Part shown: piece after piece, positions 9,135-19,060 of the stretch | Layout of the letters: every line of letters starts with the position of its first letter | Numbering within the stretch: position 1 is the stretch's first letter | DNA from: a virus | Lineage: Duplodnaviria > Caudoviricetes | Direction: 5' to 3' (one strand) | Virus record (IMG/VR): IMGVR_UViG_3300025789_000018 | Length of the DNA: 64,000 bases | Notes under the pieces: model-generated | Database searches by the model: none | What the model was told of the DNA's origin: nothing | The model's input: the letters and a program-made list of their open reading frames with translations, nothing else | Made by a program: the position numbers and the translations under genes

Positions 9135-10573
9135 TCTATACCAACCTTATATGTTTTAAAGTCGAATCCTTCAGTTGCGTAGATTTTAATTCTTTCTCTG
9201 TAGTGATTTGCTGTATGGTTAGTATGTGACTTGTAGCTAAGATCATCAGCAATATCAAATAGAGTAGCAATTGATTTGGTAGAAGATTTGCGCAATGCTC
9301 TACCTATAGACTGAAGAATACGTACAATAGATTTACTTGGAGAAGCAAATATCAAATTGTGTAAATTCTTGATATTAGTTCCTGTGGACATTGTGCCATA
9401 AGAAGCGACTATTATGGCGTTGCTTTCTTTTTCGACTATGTGTCGAATTTCTTCTCTTTCCTCACCATCCACACCACCGTGAACAAAGAAAACTGGTCGA
9501 TCCCCTGCATTATCTTTTATTAGATTGTAAAGAACTTCACCATGTTTCTCTACATACTGATAAAGGATCAGAGTGTTTCCTTGTAGAGAAAGAGCAAGAT
9601 TCTTAATGAATTTGTTTCTAGATTCTTTGCGAACAATAAAGTCCATTTCTTCTTGATATGATGCTTTCTTTACTTCTTTACATACCTCTTCTGGATAGGT
9701 AAGAACGATAGCCTTTATCAGAAGATTAGAAACGTGTTTCTTTTCCATTAACTCAGTAGTGGAGATGACTTTCTTAACTCTACCAAATAGTCCTTCAAGC
9801 ACTAGCTTATTTGTTAGTGTTCCATCCAGTGTGCCTGTGAGACCGTAGCGGTATTTACATTTGGTCAGTTTAGTCATAATAGAAACAAGAGAAGTGGCTT
9901 TGAATAAGTGGGCTTCGTCTCCGAATACAGCACCGAACTGATCAAACCATTCCTTTGGTTGTTTTGCTATAGACTGCCAAGTAGTTACTGTAATATCGCA
10001 GTTAGTTTTCTTATCTACACCGCCTGTAATTTTATACACTTTACTCGTGTATCCATAATCAGCAAAGTCTCCAGCTAGCTGATGTACAAGCGAAATAGAT
10101 GGAACGATGATAAGAGTTTTTTCATTGAGGAAACGGGCAAGAAGATATATGATTAAAGATTTTCCTGAAGCTGTTGGAGAAATCAATAATGCTCTTCTAT
10201 TCCGGACTCCATAAACAAAAGCATCAATTTGGTGATCGTATGGTACATGAGGCAACTCTAGTTCTTTGATAAACTGTTTTGCTTCAGCTACTGAAAAATT
10301 ATCCGCTGCATTGTTATATTCGTATTCAACTTCATAGCCTCTATCACTAGCGAATTTCTCAACTAAAGGTGTCAGACCTGCATAAAGTTGTTTTGTTAAT
10401 ACATTGTATAGGCGGATTTTGCCATCCCAGATTTTAGCTTTTACCTTTGGATGGAACTGTGCGTTTGGTATCGTGAAAGTAAAATAATCAGAAAGCTCGT
10501 AAGAAGTCGATGCCTCAGCATGAATCTTTACGTAAACTTCATCCACTTTCTTGATTATTAATTTTTCCGTCAT
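9131..10573 (-). CDS. uvsW: SF2 DNA helicase UvsW
   Basis: SPTASGKS, DEAH, GLTGT, QSIGRALR; follows uvsY. Confidence 0.95.
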   Translation of the reverse strand: MTEKLIIKKVDEVYVKIHAEASTSYELSDYFTFTIPNAQFHPKVKAKIWDGKIRLYNVLTKQLYAGLTPLVEKFASDRGYEVEYEYNNAADNFSVAEAKQFIKELELPHVPYDHQIDAFVYGVRNRRALLISPTASGKSLIIYLLARFLNEKTLIIVPSISLVHQLAGDFADYGYTSKVYKITGGVDKKTNCDITVTTWQSIAKQPKEWFDQFGAVFGDEAHLFKATSLVSIMTKLTKCKYRYGLTGTLDGTLTNKLVLEGLFGRVKKVISTTELMEKKHVSNLLIKAIVLTYPEEVCKEVKKASYQEEMDFIVRKESRNKFIKNLALSLQGNTLILYQYVEKHGEVLYNLIKDNAGDRPVFFVHGGVDGEEREEIRHIVEKESNAIIVASYGTMSTGTNIKNLHNLIFASPSKSIVRILQSIGRALRKSSTKSIATLFDIADDLSYKSHTNHTANHYRERIKIYATEGFDFKTYKVGIE

Positions 10574-11004
10574 GCGCCTACTTTAAATTGTTCCCATTTA
10601 ATGGCCGAGCTAATCTCATACCCTCTACTATTTAGACTTTTAATAATGGCTTCTAACAAATCCATCTTTTCTTGTTGATAGGATATTTTGAGATTGAGTT
10701 CTGACATTTCTTTGTCGCCTTCGATGTACATATCGATATCGCCACGAATAATTCGTTTTGGATTAGGCGACCATCCACGCTCAATCATGGTTTCTTCATC
10801 AAGAGAACCAGAGTAATATTCAAACTTCAACACTTTTAGTTGTTTCTTTTTCTCAACAAGTTGCCTATATACCATTCGCTCTGATGAGAATATCTTAAAA
10901 TATTTGTTGTGGAGCGATGGAATTTTAATTGCCTCTAGACCCAATTCAGTTCTATCAATTTTAGTGTCTTCACTCCACATGGCGTAAATATCATCAATTT
11001 TCAT
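10570..11004 (-). CDS. uvsY: Recombination mediator UvsY
   Basis: DTKIDRTELGLEAIKIPSLHNKY, YYSG, RGYEISSAIKWEQFKVG; synteny. Confidence 0.9.
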   Translation of the reverse strand: MKIDDIYAMWSEDTKIDRTELGLEAIKIPSLHNKYFKIFSSERMVYRQLVEKKKQLKVLKFEYYSGSLDEETMIERGWSPNPKRIIRGDIDMYIEGDKEMSELNLKISYQQEKMDLLEAIIKSLNSRGYEISSAIKWEQFKVGA

Positions 11005-11034
11005 ATTGACCTCGTTCTCTTCTACAGAAGATTA

Positions 11035-11063
11035 TCCATACTATACTATTCGCGAAAAGTCAA
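11035..11063 (-). promoter_or_regulatory. sigma70-like promoter for uvsY
   Basis: TTGACT-N12-TATAGTATGG, same architecture as 4042-4070 and 63510-63538. Confidence 0.55.
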
Positions 11064-11068
11064 GTAAA

Positions 11069-11605
11069 TTATTGATTGCCAGAAATATATTGTCTTGTAA
11101 ATTCTCTGTATTTGAATACGACTGTACCAGTAAGATAACTGATTTCAGTATCTGTTGTGTTGAATTCATTGATTGTTAATGATGATGGTATTAGGTCTCT
11201 AAAGGTTATGATTACATTAGGTTGCATTGCGCTATTCAATACTGTAAGCACAGCATTGGTTATGATTGCTTGTTTCGATCCAGGCGCATTAGACGCTAGT
11301 GTTTGATAACCCGAAAAGCTATCAAGAAGACCAACATCAGTAATCCAGTCATATATTTCAAAGTATGATAGCATATCTTCGTCAATTTTAAATGTAACGG
11401 ATAAGTCACTAAATGTAACGTGATCGCCTGGAGTAGTAATTTTTCCAAATGGCGTTTGGTATGCACTAGTAGAATTTAACTCCAAAGAGGGAATTTGAAC
11501 TGTTTGCACAAAATAACTAAATGTTGGCAACTGAGGAATATCAAATTTAAATCCAGTTGGAGATAAGAAATTCTTATTAATTACCTGCGTAGTGATAGCG
11601 TTCAT
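11069..11605 (-). CDS. 3: Tail completion / tube terminator, T4 gp3-like
   Basis: NFLSPTGFKF, PGDHVTFSDLSVTFKIDEDMLSYFEIYDW; downstream of gp23 with a late promoter. Confidence 0.85.
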   Translation of the reverse strand: MNAITTQVINKNFLSPTGFKFDIPQLPTFSYFVQTVQIPSLELNSTSAYQTPFGKITTPGDHVTFSDLSVTFKIDEDMLSYFEIYDWITDVGLLDSFSGYQTLASNAPGSKQAIITNAVLTVLNSAMQPNVIITFRDLIPSSLTINEFNTTDTEISYLTGTVVFKYREFTRQYISGNQ

Positions 11606-11635
11606 TGTCGATCCAAAGTTTGTTGCTCATAGTCA

Positions 11636-11643
11636 TATTTATA
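11636..11643 (-). promoter_or_regulatory. T4 late promoter TATAAATA (gp3)
   Basis: Exact TATAAATA on the minus strand upstream of gp3. Confidence 0.8.
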
Positions 11644-11644
11644 T

Positions 11645-11674
11645 AAAAAAAGGGGGGCAGTTTCCTGCCCCCCT
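11645..11674 (-). terminator. Rho-independent terminator after gp23
   Basis: Minus strand AGGGGGGCAG-GAAA-CTGCCCCCCT then a T-tract (10-bp perfect stem). Confidence 0.9.
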
Positions 11675-11702
11675 CTTAAGTTTAAACAACTTACTCTTAT
11701 TA

Positions 11703-13109
11703 TTATAGGAGGTTGTTGATTAGGATACGACGGTAGAATACGTTGCTGTTCTGGATTAGTGCACCCTGCTGGCTCTGGGTCGCGCCCTGAGCAAATGGGT
11801 TAGCAACAACACCATAACGTGTCTTGAAGCCGATCTTAGGCTGGAAGGTATCCTGACCAACCGCACGAACCATCTGTAGTGGAACGTATGGGCAGTAGAA
11901 TAGACCAGCGTCGAACGCTGACGAACCCTTATAACCGACTAGGGCATAGTTACCAGCAGCATATGGATCGATATAGACGCGAGTACGTCCATTTAGAACA
12001 CCAGCGAAGGTATTGCCTGTATCGTCAACCTGTAGGTTGTTCGAGTTTAGAGCAGGAGTATAGTCAAGAACGCCAGCCATCTGAAGAGCCGAAGCTACGT
12101 CTGACGAGCAGATCATGAAGTTACCCTTACCACGACGTGTATCTTTGGCGATACGGTTAGAGTCGCGCTCGATCTGGAACATCAGACCCTTGAACTTCTC
12201 AACTGACCAACGACCGTTTGAGTCGATGTCAAGGTCGAAAGTACCAGCAGTTGTTGTTTCAGCAGCACCCTGAACACCAGTTAGAACAACAGTACGGATG
12301 ATTTCACGGTTGATGTCAGCCATGATTTCAGCCTGTAGAATTGTTGCCAACTCAGTTTCAGCGTCAAGACCGTGAATTGCTTTTAGGTCCTGTGCTAGTT
12401 CGATTGTGTACTCAGCTTTTAGAGCACGTGACTTAGCAGTAACCGAGATACGGTCGATGGTGATTGCCATCTGACCAAAATCGTTACCACCAGTTGTCGA
12501 ACCGAGCTGTTCAGCAACCGAAGTAGCCATACCCGATGCGAAGTTGTACTGCTGAGCGTTACCCGAAACAACGTTGTTACCTGTAGCGACAACACCAGGA
12601 GTGTAGTTACCACCGAAGTCAAGAGAAGCGTTACCTAGACCAGAGTTACCACCGATCGAGTTAGCAACCTGAATGGTTGAAGCACCAGTGTTAGCTTCGT
12701 AGTAGAACGCTGTGTTTGCACCAGTTGGGTCGTTTGTCGAACCGAAGGTGTTGTTCGAACCAGTATTCGAAGCATACTGTGGACGTAGAGCAAAGATAAG
12801 TCCTGTTGGACCTGTCATTGGCTGAACACCGCAGAAGTCGTAAGCAACGAGGTTAGGCATTGCGCGACGGATTAGAGAAATTAGAACGGGGTCGTAGTTC
12901 AGTGAGTTGCCAGTTGTGTTAACTGGAGCAACGTCTGAAGTTTCCAACAGAGAAGTAGGCGCGAACGCTGCTTCTTGTTGCATTGCGATTTCTGTGTTTT
13001 CTAGAAGCTGAGCAGTAACAGCACGACGGTGTGAGTCTTTGAACTCTGGCGAACCTTCGTGATCTAGAACAGGTGCCCACTTCTTTTGGATTGCTTCATT
13101 AATGAACAT
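11703..13109 (-). CDS. 23: Major capsid protein, T4 gp23
   Basis: LISLIRRAMPNL, GVQPMTGPTGLIFA, AKSRALKAEYTIELAQDLKAIHGLDAE, FQPKIGFKTRYG. Confidence 0.98.
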   Translation of the reverse strand: MFINEAIQKKWAPVLDHEGSPEFKDSHRRAVTAQLLENTEIAMQQEAAFAPTSLLETSDVAPVNTTGNSLNYDPVLISLIRRAMPNLVAYDFCGVQPMTGPTGLIFALRPQYASNTGSNNTFGSTNDPTGANTAFYYEANTGASTIQVANSIGGNSGLGNASLDFGGNYTPGVVATGNNVVSGNAQQYNFASGMATSVAEQLGSTTGGNDFGQMAITIDRISVTAKSRALKAEYTIELAQDLKAIHGLDAETELATILQAEIMADINREIIRTVVLTGVQGAAETTTAGTFDLDIDSNGRWSVEKFKGLMFQIERDSNRIAKDTRRGKGNFMICSSDVASALQMAGVLDYTPALNSNNLQVDDTGNTFAGVLNGRTRVYIDPYAAGNYALVGYKGSSAFDAGLFYCPYVPLQMVRAVGQDTFQPKIGFKTRYGVVANPFAQGATQSQQGALIQNSNVFYRRILINNLL

Positions 13110-13145
13110 TAGTTTCTCCTTGTGATTCCTAATTGGATTATATCT

Positions 13146-13153
13146 TATTTATA
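13146..13153 (-). promoter_or_regulatory. T4 late promoter TATAAATA (gp23)
   Basis: Exact motif 37 nt upstream of the gp23 ATG. Confidence 0.85.
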
Positions 13154-13159
13154 TTTTTA

Positions 13160-14278
13160 TTACTTTGTCGATAGTCTAGAGAGATTTTCTACATAGCGAC
13201 CCATAGTGCCAGTGGGCTTAACAACAGTACCACTTGTATCTTCATCAAATTCTTCATTTAGATACTCAACAGCAGATGTTGTTTGTTTTCTGTCAGCAGG
13301 GAAATAAGTTTCCTTGATAACAGTTAGTTTCTTCGTGAACTCTTCAACCGAACCATACTCAATACCTTCAGAAAGAACCTTTAGCTTTTCAGCTTGTGTC
13401 ATAGCCAAACCTTCAGTCATTTCAGCAAATACTTTAGAAACTTCAGCTTCCTTCATGGCAGCTGATAGATCGATGTTTTCTTCAATCGATTCGTTTAGTT
13501 GTGCTTCTAGTTCTTCAACTCGTGCGACTAGTTCTTCGATTACATCAACCTTTTCTTCAGGGATTTCGATGTAATGCTCAACAAATAGGTTCTTAAGTCC
13601 GCCGATGAATTCTTCAGCAACTTCATTGCGCAGTGAAGATTCAATAGCTAGTTCATTTTCGTCCATCCACTGTTCTACAGCGTAGGTTAGATACTTGTCT
13701 ACAGATTCGACAACTTCTTGACGAATTGTTTCAATAGCTTCTTCTAGTTTGATTTCGTTTTCTTCTTCGATACGAGCTAGTTCAGTAACGATTCTTGCGT
13801 TAACTGCTGCTTCAAAAACGATCGATGCTTTTTCTTTTAGTTCTTCTGATAATTCATCACCGTCGAATAGATCAGCGATATCTTCTTTGGCTAGTTTAAG
13901 ACCATTTGTGTGATGATCAATAGCGGCGTGATCTGATGTTGGAGAAATATATGATTGAGCTAGAGTTTCGCCTTTGACATTTTTGTCAGCATTACGACCT
14001 TTGTGTGCCTTTTCTGGACTTAGACCGGCATCATCAGCCATACCTTTGAAAATGTCACCGATCTTTTCTTTTGGTAGACCTGATAGCTGTTGTACAACAG
14101 CGTTAATAGCTTCAATTTTGGTAGCAAAAGTTGGGATTGCTTTTTCACCTTCACTCTTGTCAGCTGAACGAGCTTTATGTCCATCCTTTGTGATAGGATC
14201 TGGAGCTTCGCTCTGACCGTCGGATGCTTTGAATTCATCCAGTTGCTCAGCACTTTCGTTGATAATCTTTCTAGCCAT
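13160..14278 (-). CDS. 22: Prohead core scaffold protein, T4 gp22
   Basis: Acidic coiled coil; KASIVFEAAV, VDKYLTYAVEQWMDEN, LFVEHYIEIPEEK. Confidence 0.92.
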   Translation of the reverse strand: MARKIINESAEQLDEFKASDGQSEAPDPITKDGHKARSADKSEGEKAIPTFATKIEAINAVVQQLSGLPKEKIGDIFKGMADDAGLSPEKAHKGRNADKNVKGETLAQSYISPTSDHAAIDHHTNGLKLAKEDIADLFDGDELSEELKEKASIVFEAAVNARIVTELARIEEENEIKLEEAIETIRQEVVESVDKYLTYAVEQWMDENELAIESSLRNEVAEEFIGGLKNLFVEHYIEIPEEKVDVIEELVARVEELEAQLNESIEENIDLSAAMKEAEVSKVFAEMTEGLAMTQAEKLKVLSEGIEYGSVEEFTKKLTVIKETYFPADRKQTTSAVEYLNEEFDEDTSGTVVKPTGTMGRYVENLSRLSTK

Positions 14279-14311
14279 AATTTGATTTCTCCCTGAGAGC
14301 TAATTTATTAG

Positions 14312-14319
14312 TATTTATA
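14312..14319 (-). promoter_or_regulatory. T4 late promoter TATAAATA (gp22)
   Basis: Exact motif upstream of gp22. Confidence 0.8.
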
Positions 14320-14324
14320 TATTC

Positions 14325-14993
14325 TTATCTTTTGACCAATGAATTTACGAAATTCTCGAACATTCTGACCTTATTTTCTTGAATTTGTCTTGTGGACATT
14401 TTCTTAATTTCTGTTTTAACAGCTTCAACCTGTCTCCAAGAACCTTCAGCAATATCATACCACCATTCAGTACCTTCCATAATGCCCTTAACAAAAGCAT
14501 CAGGAGCTGATGGATCAGCAACAATATCAGCAGCAGTAGCAAGCATAAAGTCATTTTGAACTTCCATAATGCCATCTTTGTTTTGTTTTAGCGAACCCAT
14601 GCCTCTTGACGAAACACCAAGGTTAGCACCAGCATCAATAAGGTTTCTGGCAATGTTTCCCATAGGGGTCTCAAGAACTTGCGCTCTACCGATATAGTTA
14701 GGTCCATCTTTACGCAGTTCTTTGATCATGTGCGATACGCGATCTAGATTAATTGTAGGACCCGATGGGTGATTAAGTTCACCATAGGCTCTGTTTGATT
14801 CAATTAGAGATTTTGTGTAACGTGCAACTTCTCTATCCATTACTTCTTCTGGATACATTCTTCCGTTGCGATTTTTAATTGATGACTGAAGAAATACACC
14901 TTCAATGAAGTAATTCTTCTTACCGTTTTCGGTAGTCTCTTTAAGAGTTCTTACGTCTTCAATTTTTTCGCAAATTAGTAAAGCGCCGCTCAT
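14325..14993 (-). CDS. 21: Prohead protease, T4 gp21
   Basis: NRNGRMYP, GELNHP, GVSSRGMGS, DIVADPSAPDAFV. Confidence 0.96.
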   Translation of the reverse strand: MSGALLICEKIEDVRTLKETTENGKKNYFIEGVFLQSSIKNRNGRMYPEEVMDREVARYTKSLIESNRAYGELNHPSGPTINLDRVSHMIKELRKDGPNYIGRAQVLETPMGNIARNLIDAGANLGVSSRGMGSLKQNKDGIMEVQNDFMLATAADIVADPSAPDAFVKGIMEGTEWWYDIAEGSWRQVEAVKTEIKKMSTRQIQENKVRMFENFVNSLVKR

Positions 14994-16588
14994 TACTTGG
15001 TTCCTTTGCTTCTCTTATTGATCAGATGCTTTTTGAAATCAGTACGAATAGCATCTAGCGCGTCACTATCGTTTGTTGTTGTTATGCCGCCTTCATCGGG
15101 AGATAACTTCTCGCCTTTGACTGGCTTCTTGTTGTTGAACTTAATATCTTTGAGTTCAGGAGAAACGTAATCAGCAGATTCAGTAGCAGGAACTTTAGCT
15201 TTGCTGTGTTTTGCTAATTTTGAAAAAGCAAGTTTTCTTCCTTTTCCATGACCTGTTTTTCCTACAGGACCTGATACAAATTCATTTTCTGGTTCTGTTT
15301 TATCTAAAAACGAAGTAGCAGTTTTTTTAGAAATTTCATCAAGCTGATCCACATCTTCTTTGATATTATATGGCTTTGACAGCATATTATTATATCTATG
15401 CATTCTTTCTCTGTGATGAGTTAGACGTTCTGCGTGATGATCAATATGCGAGTTAATTTCATCTTCAGCTCCGCGCATCCAATTGTGATCATCAGTTGGT
15501 ATTCCTAGATTCCCTGATTTGAGATCATGATGAGCATCTTCCCAATTCTGGAGTTCATCTTTATGATGTTTATATCTTTCGCGATGATGCTTAACTAGGT
15601 CTCTAGTTCCACTTTCCGAATTTTTAAAAATTGATGATTTCGGTTGTGCTTTTGGTGGACCATCACGCAGACGAGCTTGCGCGGCTCTAAGAGCGGGAGT
15701 AACTTCTCTAGCTTCTCCGAGCGCACGTGTTAGTCTAGTATAAGATTCACTCTTCATGCTACCTTGAGCTGAAGAATAAGCATTTGGCTTCATTTCAGTA
15801 TTGTCATCAGTCGATTTCTTTTCGTTTGATGTATCCTGAGATGATGTTGCAGCTGTTTCATAAATGTCATTGATATAAGTTAAAGCATACTCAATTTTTT
15901 GAGCATCTTCTTGGCTAATGTCTTTATTGTCTGACATCATTTCGTATAGCTGGGCTGATGTTAGAGCAAGAGCTTCTAGCTGTTTTCTATATTCAGGAAC
16001 TTCAGTACCTTCGCCTGTATCGGGTTCAGAATCTGTTTCGTTCTTGAATTCACGAGAATTTGATGTTGGATTGCCGTCGCCTTGACCTGGAGAATCTGAA
16101 GTAGCAGGAGCAGCCGACATTGGGTCACCCATTTCTGCCATATACTCTTCGTTCTTCTTGCCGTAATATGCACCTAGTGCCATTCTAATGCGTGTTTTTT
16201 TGTCTTTACCTGCAAAACGAGGATCTTTAGATTTAACAAAATCATCAATTACAGGACCAGCGCCTCTTGACATATCTAGCTTTTCTAGAATATCGTCAAA
16301 TGATTCGTATACGTATTCATCTTCTTCAGCCGAGCTATCGATATCTGCCTTTACAGTATCGTCTTTCTTAGCTTTCTTGCCTATCTCAAACTGTTCGCTG
16401 CCGCCTTTAACGCCTGGGGGAGCATTCTTTTGGTCATTTTTGAGATTGTCAATAATCTTAACAACGTGTTTCTTAAAGAAACGAACTTCATCCCCAGCAG
16501 TTGGCTTAGGCTGATAGTATTTCGGGTTAGGTACAGTTCCCTTAGATAAGCGAACCTGTGTTTGACTTAGGTCTTGATTTTCAGCCAT
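14993..16588 (-). CDS. Large prohead core / internal head protein at the gp68 position
   Basis: Lies between gp67-like and gp21; charged, low complexity, many (I/L)xE sites. Start moved to ATG 16588 (MAENQD), just after the upstream stop. Confidence 0.6.
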   Translation of the reverse strand: MAENQDLSQTQVRLSKGTVPNPKYYQPKPTAGDEVRFFKKHVVKIIDNLKNDQKNAPPGVKGGSEQFEIGKKAKKDDTVKADIDSSAEEDEYVYESFDDILEKLDMSRGAGPVIDDFVKSKDPRFAGKDKKTRIRMALGAYYGKKNEEYMAEMGDPMSAAPATSDSPGQGDGNPTSNSREFKNETDSEPDTGEGTEVPEYRKQLEALALTSAQLYEMMSDNKDISQEDAQKIEYALTYINDIYETAATSSQDTSNEKKSTDDNTEMKPNAYSSAQGSMKSESYTRLTRALGEAREVTPALRAAQARLRDGPPKAQPKSSIFKNSESGTRDLVKHHRERYKHHKDELQNWEDAHHDLKSGNLGIPTDDHNWMRGAEDEINSHIDHHAERLTHHRERMHRYNNMLSKPYNIKEDVDQLDEISKKTATSFLDKTEPENEFVSGPVGKTGHGKGRKLAFSKLAKHSKAKVPATESADYVSPELKDIKFNNKKPVKGEKLSPDEGGITTTNDSDALDAIRTDFKKHLINKRSKGTK

Positions 16589-16589
16589 C

Positions 16590-16811
16590 TTATTCCTCTG
16601 TATCCTCTCCGTCATCCTCGTAGTCATCACTTTGTGGTGTAGCATCGAGGAATCTTTGTGCGATTAAAACTTTTTGGACTTCTAATTCTTGTGCCGCTTT
16701 CTGCATCATTACGTCATGTACAGCAGCTCCGAGATTTACTTTATCTCCCGCCACAATCATATTAACTACGTCATCAATGGTGTAAGTATCTTCTGGCATA
16801 ATATTCTCCAA
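16590..16811 (-). CDS. Prohead core protein, gp67-like
   Basis: Small ORF with an acidic tail immediately after the portal gene; T4 synteny. Confidence 0.65.
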   Translation of the reverse strand: MENIMPEDTYTIDDVVNMIVAGDKVNLGAAVHDVMMQKAAQELEVQKVLIAQRFLDATPQSDDYEDDGEDTEE

Positions 16812-16826
16812 TAATCTATTTATTAT

Positions 16827-18443
16827 TTATGCTTCTTTAGGAACTTTTGGTGCTTTTGGTGCCTTTTCGGGAGTAGGAGCATTACCTGACTCGCTCGAAT
16901 CCGCCGCTAATTTTGCATCAGCATTATCAGTTCCTTCTACGCCTTGATCCATTTGCAGAGCAGTTAATCCAGGTGTATTGTTTTGGATTTCAAATTCGAT
17001 TTCAGTATCCATCTGTTCAATATCCGAGTCCGTCATTCTTAGAACGTTCTTACGCACCCACTCAACAGAGTAATACTTACCGACATATGGGTCGATCTGC
17101 TGTAGGGTGGTTAGACGCTCACGAAGAATTTCACTGTCTTTAAGTTCAGCAAAATAGTTATCACGGCGGAAGTCAAAGTGAATAGAATCTTTAATTGAAT
17201 CCCAGTCTTCAGTTGTAAGAATACCAGTCAAGATAAGCTGCTTTTCTAGAGCTTTCATGAATAGTTCTGAGAATTTCAAACGAAGGCGATATACAAACTT
17301 CTGAAACTTTAATTCATCACGAGTAATTTCTGACGAACGACCCATATTGAATCCTGATTCTGATTCAAGTCTAGAAACAGGAACGTTGAGTGATCTGTAT
17401 AGTTTCTTTTCGAAATAATGAACGTCAGCAAGTTCACCTAGATTTTGGCCCGATGGCAAAGTTGTAATTTCAGTACCACGACCTTCGCTACGACGAGGTA
17501 GCCAGTAGTCTTCGAGCATGGTCATGAATTTACGATCGTCTCTCATGTCACCAGTCGTGGCATCATAGACTAGACGATTTTTATGGCGGGTCATCATATC
17601 TCTAACATGCTGCTCTGCCTTAATCTTTGGCAGGTTACCAACGTCAATATAGAAAATGCGACGTTCTGGTGCGCGTGAGATACGATAGATTACAGTAGCG
17701 TCTTCAAGAACGCGCAGCTGGTTTAATGGCTTGATTGCTTTATGTAGGTGTCCGAGAACAATTTTATTGTCCTTATCTACAATACCTGAGGTAACATGAA
17801 TGATTGAATCTTTAGAAATCTGAAGACCCTGGTTATCCATGTTAGAAGCCGAAGATCCTTTGAATCCTCTTTCGTTAAACATATAGAACTCTGATTCTAT
17901 GATGTTAACATACATTCCATTCTTTTTGATTCTCTTAACAGGACGAACCTTACGAATCTTTCTTGGATCAACATAACGCAATTCTTGAATACCAGAACGA
18001 GGGTTTGCTGTATCAATCATGATATGATAATACATTCTGCCATCAATATACCAACGACGGAAAATATCATATCCGTGAGTGTTGATTTGAAGCATTCTAG
18101 AAATTTCGTCCCACTGACCTTTGATAGCATCTTTGATAGTGTCTTCTAGTGGAACGTCATCGAGGTTTAGCTCAACGATTTTGTCATTATCTTCTTTTAC
18201 AATAGCTTCGTTTACGATATCGTCAATAGCCAATTCGCATTCTGGTTGAATTGACATTTCACGATATTTTGCTACGATTTCTGCTTCAGTCTTGGCGGAA
18301 CCTTCAAGATCTAAATATGTCCCGAAAGTTCCGCCCGCTGAAACAACTAATGCGCCATCGTCTGTTTCTTTTGAAACAAAAGATTGTATCGACGATGTAT
18401 CTTCTACGGCTCTTTTAATTTCAAAGCCAAACAGTTGTGCCAT
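16827..18443 (-). CDS. 20: Portal protein, T4 gp20
   Basis: FRRWYIDGR, IYRISRAPERRIFYIDVGNLPK, MLEDYWLPRR, LYRSLNVP. Confidence 0.97.
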   Translation of the reverse strand: MAQLFGFEIKRAVEDTSSIQSFVSKETDDGALVVSAGGTFGTYLDLEGSAKTEAEIVAKYREMSIQPECELAIDDIVNEAIVKEDNDKIVELNLDDVPLEDTIKDAIKGQWDEISRMLQINTHGYDIFRRWYIDGRMYYHIMIDTANPRSGIQELRYVDPRKIRKVRPVKRIKKNGMYVNIIESEFYMFNERGFKGSSASNMDNQGLQISKDSIIHVTSGIVDKDNKIVLGHLHKAIKPLNQLRVLEDATVIYRISRAPERRIFYIDVGNLPKIKAEQHVRDMMTRHKNRLVYDATTGDMRDDRKFMTMLEDYWLPRRSEGRGTEITTLPSGQNLGELADVHYFEKKLYRSLNVPVSRLESESGFNMGRSSEITRDELKFQKFVYRLRLKFSELFMKALEKQLILTGILTTEDWDSIKDSIHFDFRRDNYFAELKDSEILRERLTTLQQIDPYVGKYYSVEWVRKNVLRMTDSDIEQMDTEIEFEIQNNTPGLTALQMDQGVEGTDNADAKLAADSSESGNAPTPEKAPKAPKVPKEA

Positions 18444-18481
18444 GTTACCTCACAATTTAATTAATCATTATATTATATATG

Positions 18482-19033
18482 TTACGCTCCGCCAGCGTTT
18501 CCAGTAGTTCCGTTAGTTACTTCCCACCAGTCGTAGTTGAAGTTAACAGTGAATTCTTCAATCTGGTCAGTTGCGCTCCAGTCAAGACCAATTGACGCAA
18601 CGTTTTCAGGGTAAATACCATGGAAAGTGTATTGTCTTAGAGTCTTACCTGTCTTGCTGAACTGAGTAACAATAGCGTTTGACTTGTACAGAATAGGAGC
18701 AGAGCTGCTAAAGGTTCTTAAGTTTCCTTGTAGCGAGTTGATCTTATTTGTCCATTGTTCAAGAGCATTACGGATCAGGAAGTCTTCATCATTGATGATT
18801 GTTACTGCCCAAGGGTCAAAAGTGCGATCGCCCGCAAGTTTGATCATTCTTCCGAAATAAGGAACTTGGATAGTTCCTAGATTTGAAGAAGGAAGAGATG
18901 CTGCTTTGCAAAGGAATGGAACCTTTACGTCAGCAATAGAGTTTGCTGGGTTGCTGAACTGCACTTGGAATAGTGACTGTCTTGCACCACCAAATTCTAA
19001 TTGAGCTTTAAATTGTTCAATACTGAATGCCAT
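18482..19033 (-). CDS. 19: Tail tube protein, T4 gp19
   Basis: GGARQSLFQV, CKAASLP, GDRTFDPWAVTIINDEDF, IEEFTVNFNYDWW. Confidence 0.96.
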   Translation of the reverse strand: MAFSIEQFKAQLEFGGARQSLFQVQFSNPANSIADVKVPFLCKAASLPSSNLGTIQVPYFGRMIKLAGDRTFDPWAVTIINDEDFLIRNALEQWTNKINSLQGNLRTFSSSAPILYKSNAIVTQFSKTGKTLRQYTFHGIYPENVASIGLDWSATDQIEEFTVNFNYDWWEVTNGTTGNAGGA

Positions 19034-19060
19034 CGTAGTATTCTCCTATCTTGCTATTTA

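Noticed and set aside
11575-11634. 19-codon upstream ORF (MTMSNKLWIDNERYHYAGN) overlapping the gp3 start
   Set aside because: Starts almost at the predicted TSS with no RBS and is too short to support without ribosome profiling
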